Shown in pieces: positions 38,531-48,261 of a DNA stretch of 64,000 nt (positions within the stretch are counted from its first letter, which is position 1; each line of letters starts with the position of its first letter). This DNA comes from a virus. Position numbers and translations under genes: made by a program. The notes below the pieces were generated by a model. It saw only the letters and a program-made list of their open reading frames with translations, did no database searches and was not told the DNA's origin. The stretch is from the IMG/VR virus record IMGVR_UViG_3300033273_000392, positions 32,001 to 96,000 of that record; one strand, 5' to 3'.

Positions 38531-39103
38531 TTACAGTGTTATATTAGCGCCAACATGCGCGACAATGTACCACTTAGATCCAAAGAATCTTAGAGTAATA
38601 TTAGAGTTTCTATTAGGAAGAGTTACAAGCTGCGCTCCGATGTTTCCTGTGTTAGTATTCAATGCGATCTGTGCCGCAGATTCACTAATAATAGTAACCT
38701 CTTGTCCGTCTAGTCCATTTGGTAAACTAAAGTCAGCATTGACAATATATGTTGCTGCCTCAATAGAAACGATTGCATTATTAAGTGTATTTAAAGGAGC
38801 TACTGCACTTCCAACAACGCCACTTTTTCTTATGGTAGATGCAAGTATAACACCGCTGTTAAAAACAGACTGTACACCAAAAGTAGCAGTAGTAGAATTT
38901 AGTGTTGCAATCTGAGTGCCTCCGGCAACTATACTAGCAGCTTCCGTTGTAATAGACGAAAGTCCAGTGATATTAGCAGCGATAGGATCTAAAATATCAA
39001 TAACGTTTGCCAAATCGTCGTTTAGTGCAGAAAAGTTATTGTTTATAGTGATCCTTGATGAAGACAAGGAATCTGTCCCTTGGATTTCTGTAATGTTAGC
39101 CAT
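38531..39103 (-). CDS. Small fibre/decoration-like structural protein
   Basis: DSLSSSRITINNNF N-terminus; LPNGLDGQEVTII..ITLRFFGSKWYIV beta domain. Confidence 0.55.
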   Translation of the reverse strand: MANITEIQGTDSLSSSRITINNNFSALNDDLANVIDILDPIAANITGLSSITTEAASIVAGGTQIATLNSTTATFGVQSVFNSGVILASTIRKSGVVGSAVAPLNTLNNAIVSIEAATYIVNADFSLPNGLDGQEVTIISESAAQIALNTNTGNIGAQLVTLPNRNSNITLRFFGSKWYIVAHVGANITL

Positions 39104-39112
39104 CTCTTGTTG

Positions 39113-42040
39113 TTATTTTACTTTTAACATGTTTCGTTCAATTGAGTTAGTGTTACCGTTTGTATCTTCGATATCCAAGCGTATTTTGTAGTTGCCTGCA
39201 TATTGAAAGATATAAGTTAACCACATATCATCATAGTATATATCATTTACTTCTGGGTTAACTTCATTGGTAATTGTCCATTTTGCATTCTTTGCTCCTG
39301 GCATTTTAGTAATATCAGTAGATATAGTAACGTGCGTTGATTTCTCAACTTCAGCAAAGCTTCTAAATACGTTTACATTATCATACGTTGGATTATAAGT
39401 TCTTTGATGTTGAATGCCATGAATAATATTGTCTAACTCATTACCATATTCGTCAACTACCCATACTTTTTCAAAGTCATAGTGCTTAGTGTAGTTCTTA
39501 CCGACAGCAATAATATTACCTCCAAGTATTTCTTGAATTGGAACATCGTCTGGATCGTCTGGTCCTGAATTTGGGGATCCCGCAACATATCCAAATCCAT
39601 CTGCAGGTAGGCCATCTCCGTCACTATCAACAGGAAGCCAGTCTCCACCTACATTTATAAAACCGTCTCCAGTAGTATCAATAAGTACTATATTATAGTT
39701 AAACTTACTGATAACCGGATCGGTCGATTGGTTTAAATTAATAGCTAAATTTACCCAAGCTGGTAACCCTGATCCTATTGGCTCTTGTAAAAAATAATTT
39801 GAAGATATCAGATGTTGACCTTCTATTACTTCACCAGTTACAGGGTCTCTAAATCTTATTTTTAGTGTAGTAGAAGGGGGAATCAACGATGATATTCTAA
39901 AACTAGCAGCAACATCCATACCAACCCTAGTATTATCCCACCAGTTGTGTTGTCCATCAATCCACCCAAACTTACAGTTATCCCATTGATAGGGTCCTGC
40001 TGTTTCTGAATATCCGCTATATGAATAAATATCTAAGTACCTTCTAACCATAGAGGTATTTACGCTATGATTTTCATCATGCAAATAGTTTGCTCTATCT
40101 AGTGTAAGATAAAAAGTAGCTACCGCTTCATCTACTATATGTGATTTTGCATTTGGAAGATTCCAGTAACCTCCAGTAGTTGACCATGAAGACTTAGAAT
40201 CTCTCCATAATACATTATCAGTCCATGTGTACATACCATAGAGCTCTAAATCTTTTAACTTAACCTCGATTAGATCTGGTTTCTTATCATATGAACGGTG
40301 CCCAAATAGGTCATACGTTCTCATTTCTACAGAGTACATTCCATCATACGGAAGTGCAACTGGAAAAACTGCAAAGTCTTGGGTAGGTCCTCTAAATGAC
40401 TCTTCGTATCCCCTAGGCCCTGTGATAAGCCATTCTATTTCATAAACAGATCTCATCCACCAATTGTTCCACGTGACTAATAAGGCATCGTTTGCGTCAA
40501 CTGCATCATTCCAAACAAAGTCAGCATCTTCCCATGTAACACCAAATGTTTCTGTACCGTCTAGAATTATAGGGCATCCAACAGGTATATCTTTGTTAAA
40601 AGTATCTAACGGCTGGTTATAGTAGCTATTATAAAATTGTTGATACGCATCTACTAAAATGGTTCTATCTCCTATTGAAGTAACATTTCCATTAGCGTCT
40701 AATGTGTCTCCTGTTAATTCATCGTAATCGCTGAAACTAACGTTAAGCAGCCTATTATAAGTATCAGCAAGAGTAATATCTGTATCGTCGTATAAGTCTC
40801 TTAAGACGACTGCAAAGTCTTCTATAAATAAGTCTCTTCCCTCAGGGACAACCTTAAACTTTATGTCTATGCCTTCTGAAAAATATCCTATGGCATTTTG
40901 ATTGTTCCAGATATTTAGATTTTTTTGAGTAAAGTAATCTCCTTCACCGACAATATCTACGATTTTTGCACTTAACGGAAGATATTCCCTCTGAAGCTTT
41001 TCTTTTAAGCCATATAGTTTTATAAGAACTTCTTCTGGAGTAAACTCTAAAACTTCATCTACTTGTGGAATGTCCCAATAATCAAACTCACCGTTTGGTA
41101 CATTAATCTTGTAGACTAGGCTAAATCTGCTTGTCTTTTTTAACGTAGAAGAAGGAAGCTCGATCATCATTCCCTTTCTTTGGAGCTCGCCGTACTTTGA
41201 TGAGTTAGGAACTGGAATCGCTTTTAACTTACCAAAGGAAGTAGCTGATTCATCTATATTCAACCAATACTCTTTTAGGGTTATATTATTATACCCAAAA
41301 AAGTCAATTGCATTTAAAATAGCCTTATAGGTTCCTACAAATGGCTTTATCTCGTGTAGATTAAGAAGTAACTCTTTTCTTTTTTGATTCAAAAGAACAT
41401 AGTCTGGCGCCATCTCAGTAATATCATGCTCCTTAAACAGGATAAAGTCATTATCATCTAATGTAGCTCCTAGGTTTTCAAGAAGACTTCTTAGTCTTTC
41501 ATCTTCACCTTCGACTTCGCCATAAAACTTAATGCGAGCAACTAAGGTTTCAACATCACCTGTAAATTCGTAGATTTCAAGGTTTCTATGGTGCCTTCCT
41601 TCATCGTGTGAACTTATAGCTATATTAACCTGAAGGGCAGCATTGTTTATCTGACCAGGTCTTATAGCTTTACGGATTTCAGAATTAACTGCACCAAAAA
41701 CTTGATCAGTTTCAAAATCCATAGATGGCTTTACATCAATATGATATTTGTCATCTTTAAATGTAGTACCATAAATGAAAATATCATCTGAGGTATCAAA
41801 CGCATCGTTCCATCTAAAACTTAGAGTAGTTCCAGAAGAAGAATTTGCTAAAGGATAGTTTAAGAATGTTTCAGAGCCTTGTAGATTTGTAACCTCTTCC
41901 ATTATGAAAAGGTTTACTGTCTCATATAGTCCAGTAGAAACAGGATCAAAGTGTACTGTGCCAGTAAATACGCCATCGTCTCCTTGAACAAGGTTTAAAT
42001 CGCATTCGGTACCTCTAAAGAATTTTAGAAAGTTGTACAT
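39113..42040 (-). CDS. Baseplate wedge-like protein (975 aa)
   Basis: Downstream of gp6-like gene; FVGTYKAILNAIDFFGY wedge-type motif, PKD-like ends, Trp repeats. Confidence 0.55.
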   Translation of the reverse strand: MYNFLKFFRGTECDLNLVQGDDGVFTGTVHFDPVSTGLYETVNLFIMEEVTNLQGSETFLNYPLANSSSGTTLSFRWNDAFDTSDDIFIYGTTFKDDKYHIDVKPSMDFETDQVFGAVNSEIRKAIRPGQINNAALQVNIAISSHDEGRHHRNLEIYEFTGDVETLVARIKFYGEVEGEDERLRSLLENLGATLDDNDFILFKEHDITEMAPDYVLLNQKRKELLLNLHEIKPFVGTYKAILNAIDFFGYNNITLKEYWLNIDESATSFGKLKAIPVPNSSKYGELQRKGMMIELPSSTLKKTSRFSLVYKINVPNGEFDYWDIPQVDEVLEFTPEEVLIKLYGLKEKLQREYLPLSAKIVDIVGEGDYFTQKNLNIWNNQNAIGYFSEGIDIKFKVVPEGRDLFIEDFAVVLRDLYDDTDITLADTYNRLLNVSFSDYDELTGDTLDANGNVTSIGDRTILVDAYQQFYNSYYNQPLDTFNKDIPVGCPIILDGTETFGVTWEDADFVWNDAVDANDALLVTWNNWWMRSVYEIEWLITGPRGYEESFRGPTQDFAVFPVALPYDGMYSVEMRTYDLFGHRSYDKKPDLIEVKLKDLELYGMYTWTDNVLWRDSKSSWSTTGGYWNLPNAKSHIVDEAVATFYLTLDRANYLHDENHSVNTSMVRRYLDIYSYSGYSETAGPYQWDNCKFGWIDGQHNWWDNTRVGMDVAASFRISSLIPPSTTLKIRFRDPVTGEVIEGQHLISSNYFLQEPIGSGLPAWVNLAINLNQSTDPVISKFNYNIVLIDTTGDGFINVGGDWLPVDSDGDGLPADGFGYVAGSPNSGPDDPDDVPIQEILGGNIIAVGKNYTKHYDFEKVWVVDEYGNELDNIIHGIQHQRTYNPTYDNVNVFRSFAEVEKSTHVTISTDITKMPGAKNAKWTITNEVNPEVNDIYYDDMWLTYIFQYAGNYKIRLDIEDTNGNTNSIERNMLKVK

Positions 42041-42309
42041 TATCTTATTCTCTTATCGTCTTTTTTAACTGTAAAGTTCTTATATACCTTTAGATACCTA
42101 ACAGCGCTTATTGTATTGTACAAATAGTCGTTTATAAAAGAAAGAAAAGTAAACATAGTATCATTTCTCTGGATATGACTTGATACGTTATCGTTTATTA
42201 ACGTGTCTTTATAGTCATGGCCTAGATTTAGCCTATTGTCCTTTCTCGCTTTCTTTATGTCATATAACTTAACGAGCTTGTATTTTAATAAGTCCTGAAA
42301 TAGATTCAT
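42040..42309 (-). CDS. Small baseplate-region hypothetical protein
   Basis: Tightly packed between baseplate genes. Confidence 0.55.
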   Translation of the reverse strand: MNLFQDLLKYKLVKLYDIKKARKDNRLNLGHDYKDTLINDNVSSHIQRNDTMFTFLSFINDYLYNTISAVRYLKVYKNFTVKKDDKRIR

Positions 42310-42310
42310 A

Positions 42311-44146
42311 TTATCTTCTTATAATTGATCTTCTGTCTCCAGCCTGAAGCCTAGTGTATATTGTTCTAGGAACAGGAGTCTCGTCAAATGTTACGGTCAG
42401 AGACGCATCAGCATTAATCGACGGTTCATCTAATACCGTGTTTCCGTCTCTATCAAGCCAGCCTCCTCTAAACACTGCAATCTCTTCTTTTTCTAAAATA
42501 ATATCACCATACTGGTCTAATCCAGCGATATCGTATGGGATCGGATCAGTTGGACCTATATTTACAATAGATGTAGTTCTAATCTTCTTAAAGAAAATAT
42601 ACTTTTGCTTACCATTACCAATGTCTTCTAGTGCTATTGGTTGCTGAGGTACTATGGTTGTAGTAACTGACTCGTAGTAACCAAGTCTTCTAGCTGTCTC
42701 TTCTGTCTCTGATATGAATCTAACGTTTACAGCATCTACGCCTTCTACCTCTTCTAGTATGTAGACGATATCACTCTTAGGCAACTTATCACGTCTAGTA
42801 ACATTTAAAAGGTAATTAGAGACAACCGCTCTGATCTCATTAAATATGTCTTGCTTTCTAAATCCTTCGAAGTATCTAATAGAAATGTCCATGCTATACT
42901 TTCTAACGATAGGTTCTACAAACTTAACTTCAGTAGTTACCATTTGCTGACCAGACTCCTGTAGTACACTATGCATGGCAGTATATTCATTCTGATCGAA
43001 GAACATTTCGTTTTCAGGAACTGAGAAGTAGTCTTGGTTTTTTGCTAGCTTTCTTTTAAGATCCGGAATTGCAAATATGTAAATTACATTATCGTCATCA
43101 ATATACTGGTCATCGGTTGTGTTATATGCATCAATATATGAGAATATACCGTATCTGCTTAAGAAGTATTCGTAGTTATCAGGTGTTGCTAAAACGAAAC
43201 TCTTAGACGATCTAGGAGCCATAACCTTAGTAAAGTCAGTTGATTCTTTATCAGCTCCCATTTTAGGAGAAGCTGTAACTTCAGCCTGTAAAAACTCATT
43301 AAGGTCATAGAGATTTCCTGATGCATCAGTTCCCTCTCCAACCCACTTAAAGGTTAGATCGAATGCATCTTCTAGATTTCCTTTTGCGCCGTCATGTTTT
43401 ATATAATCAATAGTAATCTCTGAACCAGAAGCTGGAATCATACCGAAGTTTCCAGTTCCAAAATATATGTCCAGTCCACCTGCGATGCCTGTCTTAATCA
43501 TATAACCTTCATCGCTAGGAAGCATATCATACATAGAATCAAACTTAGTCCAAGGCTTACCATTAACAGAAACTGTAACCAAATTATGGTCGGTAAGTCC
43601 GCCAGTCTGTACATTAAAGGACTGTAGCTTTTCTCCAGTTCCAGTTACTGTTTGTATTTCAGCAGATCCTTGAATAATTGCAGCGGTAAAGAAATTACCG
43701 TTACTCTTTTCAATTCTAAACTGATCTTTATTTGTTCTAACAAGATATGAAAGTCCATTAGAATCAAACTTTATCTGAGTATTAGCGGGTACATTAAGGG
43801 CATCTCCTACTATTTTAGACATGTCGACGCCGGCAGCCCATGCAAACCTAATCTCGCCTACCGCAGCAAAACCTCTAGTTGGATCATGGCCAACCAATCT
43901 AGAAAGCCCGTAAATAGACTCAGGATGCTGAGCGGTATAAATATTTTGCTCTACAGTTGCGTTTTCAACGTAGTACATGATAAACTCAGACATTTCAGAT
44001 AGAACCTCTAATATCTGTGAAAATGGTGACGCTGTAGTGAGCAAAGTACCTGCGCGCTTGTAGACCCTGCCGATATAGGTCTTTGCATCGGCTATGATAT
44101 TTGCAGCGGTAGCTCTTGTAACGTCTAAGAATTTGAAACTGGCCAT
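42311..44146 (-). CDS. gp6: Baseplate wedge subunit (T4 gp6 / baseplate J-like)
   Basis: EQNIYTAQHPESIYGLSRLVGH, IYFGTGNFGMIP, GADKES, LATPDNYE; follows gp25. Confidence 0.8.
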   Translation of the reverse strand: MASFKFLDVTRATAANIIADAKTYIGRVYKRAGTLLTTASPFSQILEVLSEMSEFIMYYVENATVEQNIYTAQHPESIYGLSRLVGHDPTRGFAAVGEIRFAWAAGVDMSKIVGDALNVPANTQIKFDSNGLSYLVRTNKDQFRIEKSNGNFFTAAIIQGSAEIQTVTGTGEKLQSFNVQTGGLTDHNLVTVSVNGKPWTKFDSMYDMLPSDEGYMIKTGIAGGLDIYFGTGNFGMIPASGSEITIDYIKHDGAKGNLEDAFDLTFKWVGEGTDASGNLYDLNEFLQAEVTASPKMGADKESTDFTKVMAPRSSKSFVLATPDNYEYFLSRYGIFSYIDAYNTTDDQYIDDDNVIYIFAIPDLKRKLAKNQDYFSVPENEMFFDQNEYTAMHSVLQESGQQMVTTEVKFVEPIVRKYSMDISIRYFEGFRKQDIFNEIRAVVSNYLLNVTRRDKLPKSDIVYILEEVEGVDAVNVRFISETEETARRLGYYESVTTTIVPQQPIALEDIGNGKQKYIFFKKIRTTSIVNIGPTDPIPYDIAGLDQYGDIILEKEEIAVFRGGWLDRDGNTVLDEPSINADASLTVTFDETPVPRTIYTRLQAGDRRSIIRR

Positions 44147-44157
44147 TTAAGTATTCT

Positions 44158-44514
44158 TTAATTAACGGTTACGCGGACTAGGTATTGAGAGTCGATCGTT
44201 ATATCGACATACGCAATATCTCTAACAGTCCCCTTTACGAAGGACACATTAGCCGCTACCTTATATTTTGCAGCAAGAGGGCAGTATGTGTTTAACTGCG
44301 ACTCTATGCTAGATTTAATCTGAAAGTTGTTATAGTTAAGCGAATATACGAGATCTTCTAGGCTACAACCAAAGTCTGGTCTGCCTAGAACCTCACCCTT
44401 ATTAGTAAAAAGTACGGTCTCGATCTGAGTAATTAGCTGAGCTATTTCACTCTGAGAGTGTACCTTCGTTGGGTTGAAGTTTGGATCTCCTATGGTCTTA
44501 ATATATAACTCCAT
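44158..44514 (-). CDS. gp25: Baseplate wedge subunit gp25-like
   Basis: LFTNKGEVLGRPDFGCSLEDLV. Confidence 0.88.
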   Translation of the reverse strand: MELYIKTIGDPNFNPTKVHSQSEIAQLITQIETVLFTNKGEVLGRPDFGCSLEDLVYSLNYNNFQIKSSIESQLNTYCPLAAKYKVAANVSFVKGTVRDIAYVDITIDSQYLVRVTVN

Positions 44515-44533
44515 TTATTATCTATCAAACTTA

Positions 44534-45379
44534 TTATGAGTGCATCATCCAATCGACGCCTTCATCACCTTTGATTTCTTCTATTATTGATGAAAGTTCA
44601 TCATCGCCCATTGACTTAATGGCATCATAATCAAATTCAACGTTTCCTGGAAGAGCAAACTTGAATATGCCTAACTTAGCCCCAAGAGACTGCTTTATCT
44701 TTGCTGAACAATATCTAAAGAAGATCTCATCTTCATATAATGCACAGTTATGTAGTGTCTCATAAACCTCTAGGATAACATCACCCTTTGGGGTGTCCCC
44801 CATAAACTTTAGCTCTCCAGTTAGTGAGCTAAAGTGAAATGATATAGGGTTATCAGTTATCTGCCTAGAAAGGTCTACAAGAGATTGATTAACAACATAG
44901 TATTGTAATTCTTCGGCTCCGTTGGCTGCAGAAGATCCATCATATACATTTCTAAAAAGCATTTTCTCTAACGCAAAATCAGATCCACTGTCAAATCTAA
45001 CGTCTAGGCCGCTTCCAGAAGTATTCCATCCACTAGCAAGGTCGTAAAGTCCGTAAACAGAAAATACCATACCCGATCCATCAGCCGCAGCATCTGGTAA
45101 ATGAAGTGCTCTGTGTGATTTAAAGTAGTCTGTCTCAAATACTGCATGTGGGATGTGATAGAAGTTCTCTTTAACAGAGTACTCATAGTTCTTATAGAAC
45201 CACTTTCTAGCCCTTTTAATAATGCTCTGAACCTCCTTTTTAGGAAGGTTAATAGGAATTAGACATGCTCCTGTAAGGTCGTCGGCTAACTCATTTAGAA
45301 ATGCATTTGTGCACGCATCATCGTCAAACGATCTAGGTGTTGTTAAATCTCCTTGGCTACCACTTCTTATTTCGCTCAT
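44534..45379 (-). CDS. Neck protein (T4 gp13-like)
   Basis: FRYCSAKIKQSLGAKLGIFKFALPGNVEFDYDAI resembles gp13 C-terminal LPGG segment. Confidence 0.65.
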   Translation of the reverse strand: MSEIRSGSQGDLTTPRSFDDDACTNAFLNELADDLTGACLIPINLPKKEVQSIIKRARKWFYKNYEYSVKENFYHIPHAVFETDYFKSHRALHLPDAAADGSGMVFSVYGLYDLASGWNTSGSGLDVRFDSGSDFALEKMLFRNVYDGSSAANGAEELQYYVVNQSLVDLSRQITDNPISFHFSSLTGELKFMGDTPKGDVILEVYETLHNCALYEDEIFFRYCSAKIKQSLGAKLGIFKFALPGNVEFDYDAIKSMGDDELSSIIEEIKGDEGVDWMMHS

Positions 45380-45394
45380 ATCACGATTTTATTT

Positions 45395-45538
45395 TTACGT
45401 ATAGAGTGTAGGTCTAGGTATACCTTCTAAGACCTTATTTCTATTTTTTTTCCATTTGTTTATAAAGTCAGGGTCGTTTACGTATTGTTTCCACACATAA
45501 AAGTCCTTTAAATCCTCTAATAGTTGTTGAATATCCAT
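45395..45538 (-). CDS. Small hypothetical protein (47 aa, MDIQQLLEDLKDFYVWK...), absent from ORF track
   Basis: Manual translation; TAATG coupling to amidoligase stop, fills the gap. Confidence 0.55.
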   Translation of the reverse strand: MDIQQLLEDLKDFYVWKQYVNDPDFINKWKKNRNKVLEGIPRPTLYT

Positions 45539-46848
45539 TATGACTTTATCTTTTTGCTTACTATAACTTCAGTATCTTCAAATCTAGCATGGTCAGAAAT
45601 CATACCCTCTCTAAAAATACCGCCGATCATCTTGCCTTTAAATATGCCGTCTCTTCCAAAAACATATGAGTTAGTAATCGTGCAGCTCCCATGGACAAAG
45701 CACGATTCTACCTTACTTTCTTTAATCTCAGTTCCCTGGAAGATATTACACCTTTTAAGAGAAGAGTCGTCTACCTTACATGCAAATAGGTCACACTCTT
45801 CTATGACCCCGTTTATCTCGCAGTCCACAAAGTCATAGCCTCTTAGATCGAAGCATGCTGGAAACTTACCATCCTTAACTTGAACTCGGCCTATATCACT
45901 ATCATAGTTTATGATTCCCTCTTGCATGCCACCCTCAGCCAGCAGCTTAACTATTTGCTCTTTTATAGAAGCCCAGTGTAAGTCTACTATAGGTTCAGCG
46001 TCTTGTAAGTCTACGAGTACGGCAATGTTCTTAAAGTTATTCTTAATTGTCTTAAAGTCTCTAAGAGCTTCTACGAACCTTATATTCTTATTTAGTATCG
46101 ACTTTAACTCTAGCTTGTTCTCTTCGGTAAATCTACTGTTATTACACGACTTCCATATCTGGTAGACAAAGCTATCCCATAAGTAGAATATAGCATCTTG
46201 CTTATCCTCATAGTTTTTGCCACCTAAATATCTGAACTCTAAATAGTTTTTGATCTTCTTTTCAAAGTTAATCCCAAAGTATTTAGTGCTAGGGAAATTG
46301 TAGTTATGAACTGACGTGTTATTCTCGTCGAAGTAGAAGGATTCCCTTTTTGGCATTACCCATTTAATCGATCTAGCGTACACTGATCCTTTTCTATGCG
46401 GGAAAAGCTTATAGACCTGCTTTTCATTAAACTCTAGAATGAACTTAAGAGTATTCATTCTAGAAATCATATTAGGATCCTCTAGATATTCTTTATCAAA
46501 GGAAAGGTTTAGGTGGATCCCGGATCTATCAGTCGTATAGCCATTCTCTCTGATCCACTTTAAAACCTTAACCATAAGCATTCTAGCATTTCTGTATGGC
46601 ATAGCACCAGTCACAAGCTCCATGAGTCCCTTTCCACCTGACATATCAGGCTCAATTTTAAACTCTTTGTCGCTAGGCTGGAAATCAGAATGCGCTTTAT
46701 CTTCTATCCTAATTGGACGACCTAGAAGAGAACTAAGTTGATTCTTAGTCTCTTCTAGGCCCAATTTTGAATAGAACTCAAACTCTACACCACATAGAGA
46801 TGCGTTAAGGATCTGATCGCGGGTTGAGTCTTTAGTAAGTTTAGCCAT
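45538..46848 (-). CDS. Putative amidoligase (COOH-NH2 ligase, Amidoligase_2-like) with C-terminal beta-solenoid repeats
   Basis: GVEFEF, IEPDMS, ELVT, SGIHLNLS, KYFGIN, LEFR; C-terminal pentapeptide-like repeats. Confidence 0.75.
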   Translation of the reverse strand: MAKLTKDSTRDQILNASLCGVEFEFYSKLGLEETKNQLSSLLGRPIRIEDKAHSDFQPSDKEFKIEPDMSGGKGLMELVTGAMPYRNARMLMVKVLKWIRENGYTTDRSGIHLNLSFDKEYLEDPNMISRMNTLKFILEFNEKQVYKLFPHRKGSVYARSIKWVMPKRESFYFDENNTSVHNYNFPSTKYFGINFEKKIKNYLEFRYLGGKNYEDKQDAIFYLWDSFVYQIWKSCNNSRFTEENKLELKSILNKNIRFVEALRDFKTIKNNFKNIAVLVDLQDAEPIVDLHWASIKEQIVKLLAEGGMQEGIINYDSDIGRVQVKDGKFPACFDLRGYDFVDCEINGVIEECDLFACKVDDSSLKRCNIFQGTEIKESKVESCFVHGSCTITNSYVFGRDGIFKGKMIGGIFREGMISDHARFEDTEVIVSKKIKS

Positions 46849-46876
46849 GCTACTATGATAATACCTTTTCTTTTGG

Positions 46877-46884
46877 TATATATC
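46877..46884 (-). promoter_or_regulatory. Putative late promoter GATATATA
   Basis: Octamer upstream of amidoligase. Confidence 0.55.
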
Positions 46885-46904
46885 TAGCTAGCTATATAAA
46901 CATA

Positions 46905-48224
46905 TTAACTTGGTAGCTTCAAAAAGACTCGCTTCATCTCCTGATCAATCCTAGTGATATCAACAGTTATCTTATCACCAGGACCAAAGCTCTTTATAAG
47001 GTCCTCACCTATCTCACTGACGTGGAGCAAGCCAACTACTCCTTCCTCAATAGAGATGAATAGGCCATAGTCTTTTGCGGTCTTAACAGTAGCCTCGACA
47101 GTAGAAGGGATCTTATACCTAGAGTTTATAGTCAACCATGGATTTACCTTATCTTCGTCCTTCTGAGTTAGAGTAATCTTCTTATTTGATATAATATCTT
47201 TTATCTTAAACGTTATAGAATCACCTGGCTTTATACTCTGTGACTTATGAGCTGCGGATGTTTCTTTGTCTAAATCGTTTACGTGAATCATACCGGTTAA
47301 GCACTGGTTAAACTCACAGAATACTCCGTACCTTGCAGTACCAGTAACAAAGCCGGTAATAGACTGATCTATATTCTCTCGAAGATTTTCGATCGCATCA
47401 GGTATTAGAGCCTGCAAATACTTTCTATGTGACACGACGATAGTACCTCTATCGTTTGAGAAAGAAACAGGAACGACATACATATCAGCCCCAACAATAG
47501 ACTCAAAGTCATGTAGCTTGTTTATACCCGCAAGAGAACCTGGCATAAAGCATGGAATTCCCTGCACGTCTACAATATAGCCTCCATTAGAAATCATCTC
47601 TTTAACAGTTCCCATCCATGCGGTATCTTTAGAGTCAATACCCTTTCTAAGTTCAGAAAATACTTTCTGCATCATGCCTGCAGTTATGCTCCCTTGGATA
47701 TGACCAACACCTTCATCAGTCTGGCATTCTGTAATTAGAACTGAGACTTCTTCGCCAACTCTGATATCTTGATACTGTGGATCCTCCTTAGAGATTTTGA
47801 TATAGACTAATTGTCTGTAATCAATGTCCACCGTAGCCCAGCCCTGTCCAATGTTGTAGACCTTACCGTCGTATATCGCACCTAGCGTCAGCTCATCGAT
47901 AAGGTTGTTCATGTTCTGACAGTTACTAAGTCTGTCATAGTATTCTTGAGCATATGGCTCAAACGAGAATACCTTCTCGTTATTCTGTGTCTTAACTCTA
48001 GGGTTTCCTTTCTTAAAAGATGAGAAACAAGTAGACTCGTATCCCTCCCAATTAAACTCCCCATTATCAAGTGTCCACTTAAGCCTTTCCTCATCAACAT
48101 AATCCTCTTTCTCAACTGGAGATTCAACCATGTTAAATCCCTTAAACTCGTTAAGTACGTTTAGGCTTTTCTCATTTGAGGATGTCTCTTCAGGCTTGAT
48201 CCTCGGTCTTTTTTTAGATTCCAT
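46905..48224 (-). CDS. rpsA: Phage-encoded ribosomal protein bS1 homolog (four S1 domains)
   Basis: GGYIVDVQGIPCFMPGSL..IVVSHR (domain 2), YGVFCEF..GMIHVNDL (domain 3), NPW..DYGLFISIEEGVVGLLHVSEI (domain 4). Confidence 0.85.
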   Translation of the reverse strand: MESKKRPRIKPEETSSNEKSLNVLNEFKGFNMVESPVEKEDYVDEERLKWTLDNGEFNWEGYESTCFSSFKKGNPRVKTQNNEKVFSFEPYAQEYYDRLSNCQNMNNLIDELTLGAIYDGKVYNIGQGWATVDIDYRQLVYIKISKEDPQYQDIRVGEEVSVLITECQTDEGVGHIQGSITAGMMQKVFSELRKGIDSKDTAWMGTVKEMISNGGYIVDVQGIPCFMPGSLAGINKLHDFESIVGADMYVVPVSFSNDRGTIVVSHRKYLQALIPDAIENLRENIDQSITGFVTGTARYGVFCEFNQCLTGMIHVNDLDKETSAAHKSQSIKPGDSITFKIKDIISNKKITLTQKDEDKVNPWLTINSRYKIPSTVEATVKTAKDYGLFISIEEGVVGLLHVSEIGEDLIKSFGPGDKITVDITRIDQEMKRVFLKLPS

Positions 48225-48251
48225 TATTTTTTATTTAGAAGTGTAATAAGC

Positions 48252-48259
48252 TATATATC
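48252..48259 (-). promoter_or_regulatory. Putative late promoter GATATATA upstream of S1 gene
   Basis: Octamer 28 nt upstream of ATG. Confidence 0.55.
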
Positions 48260-48261
48260 AA

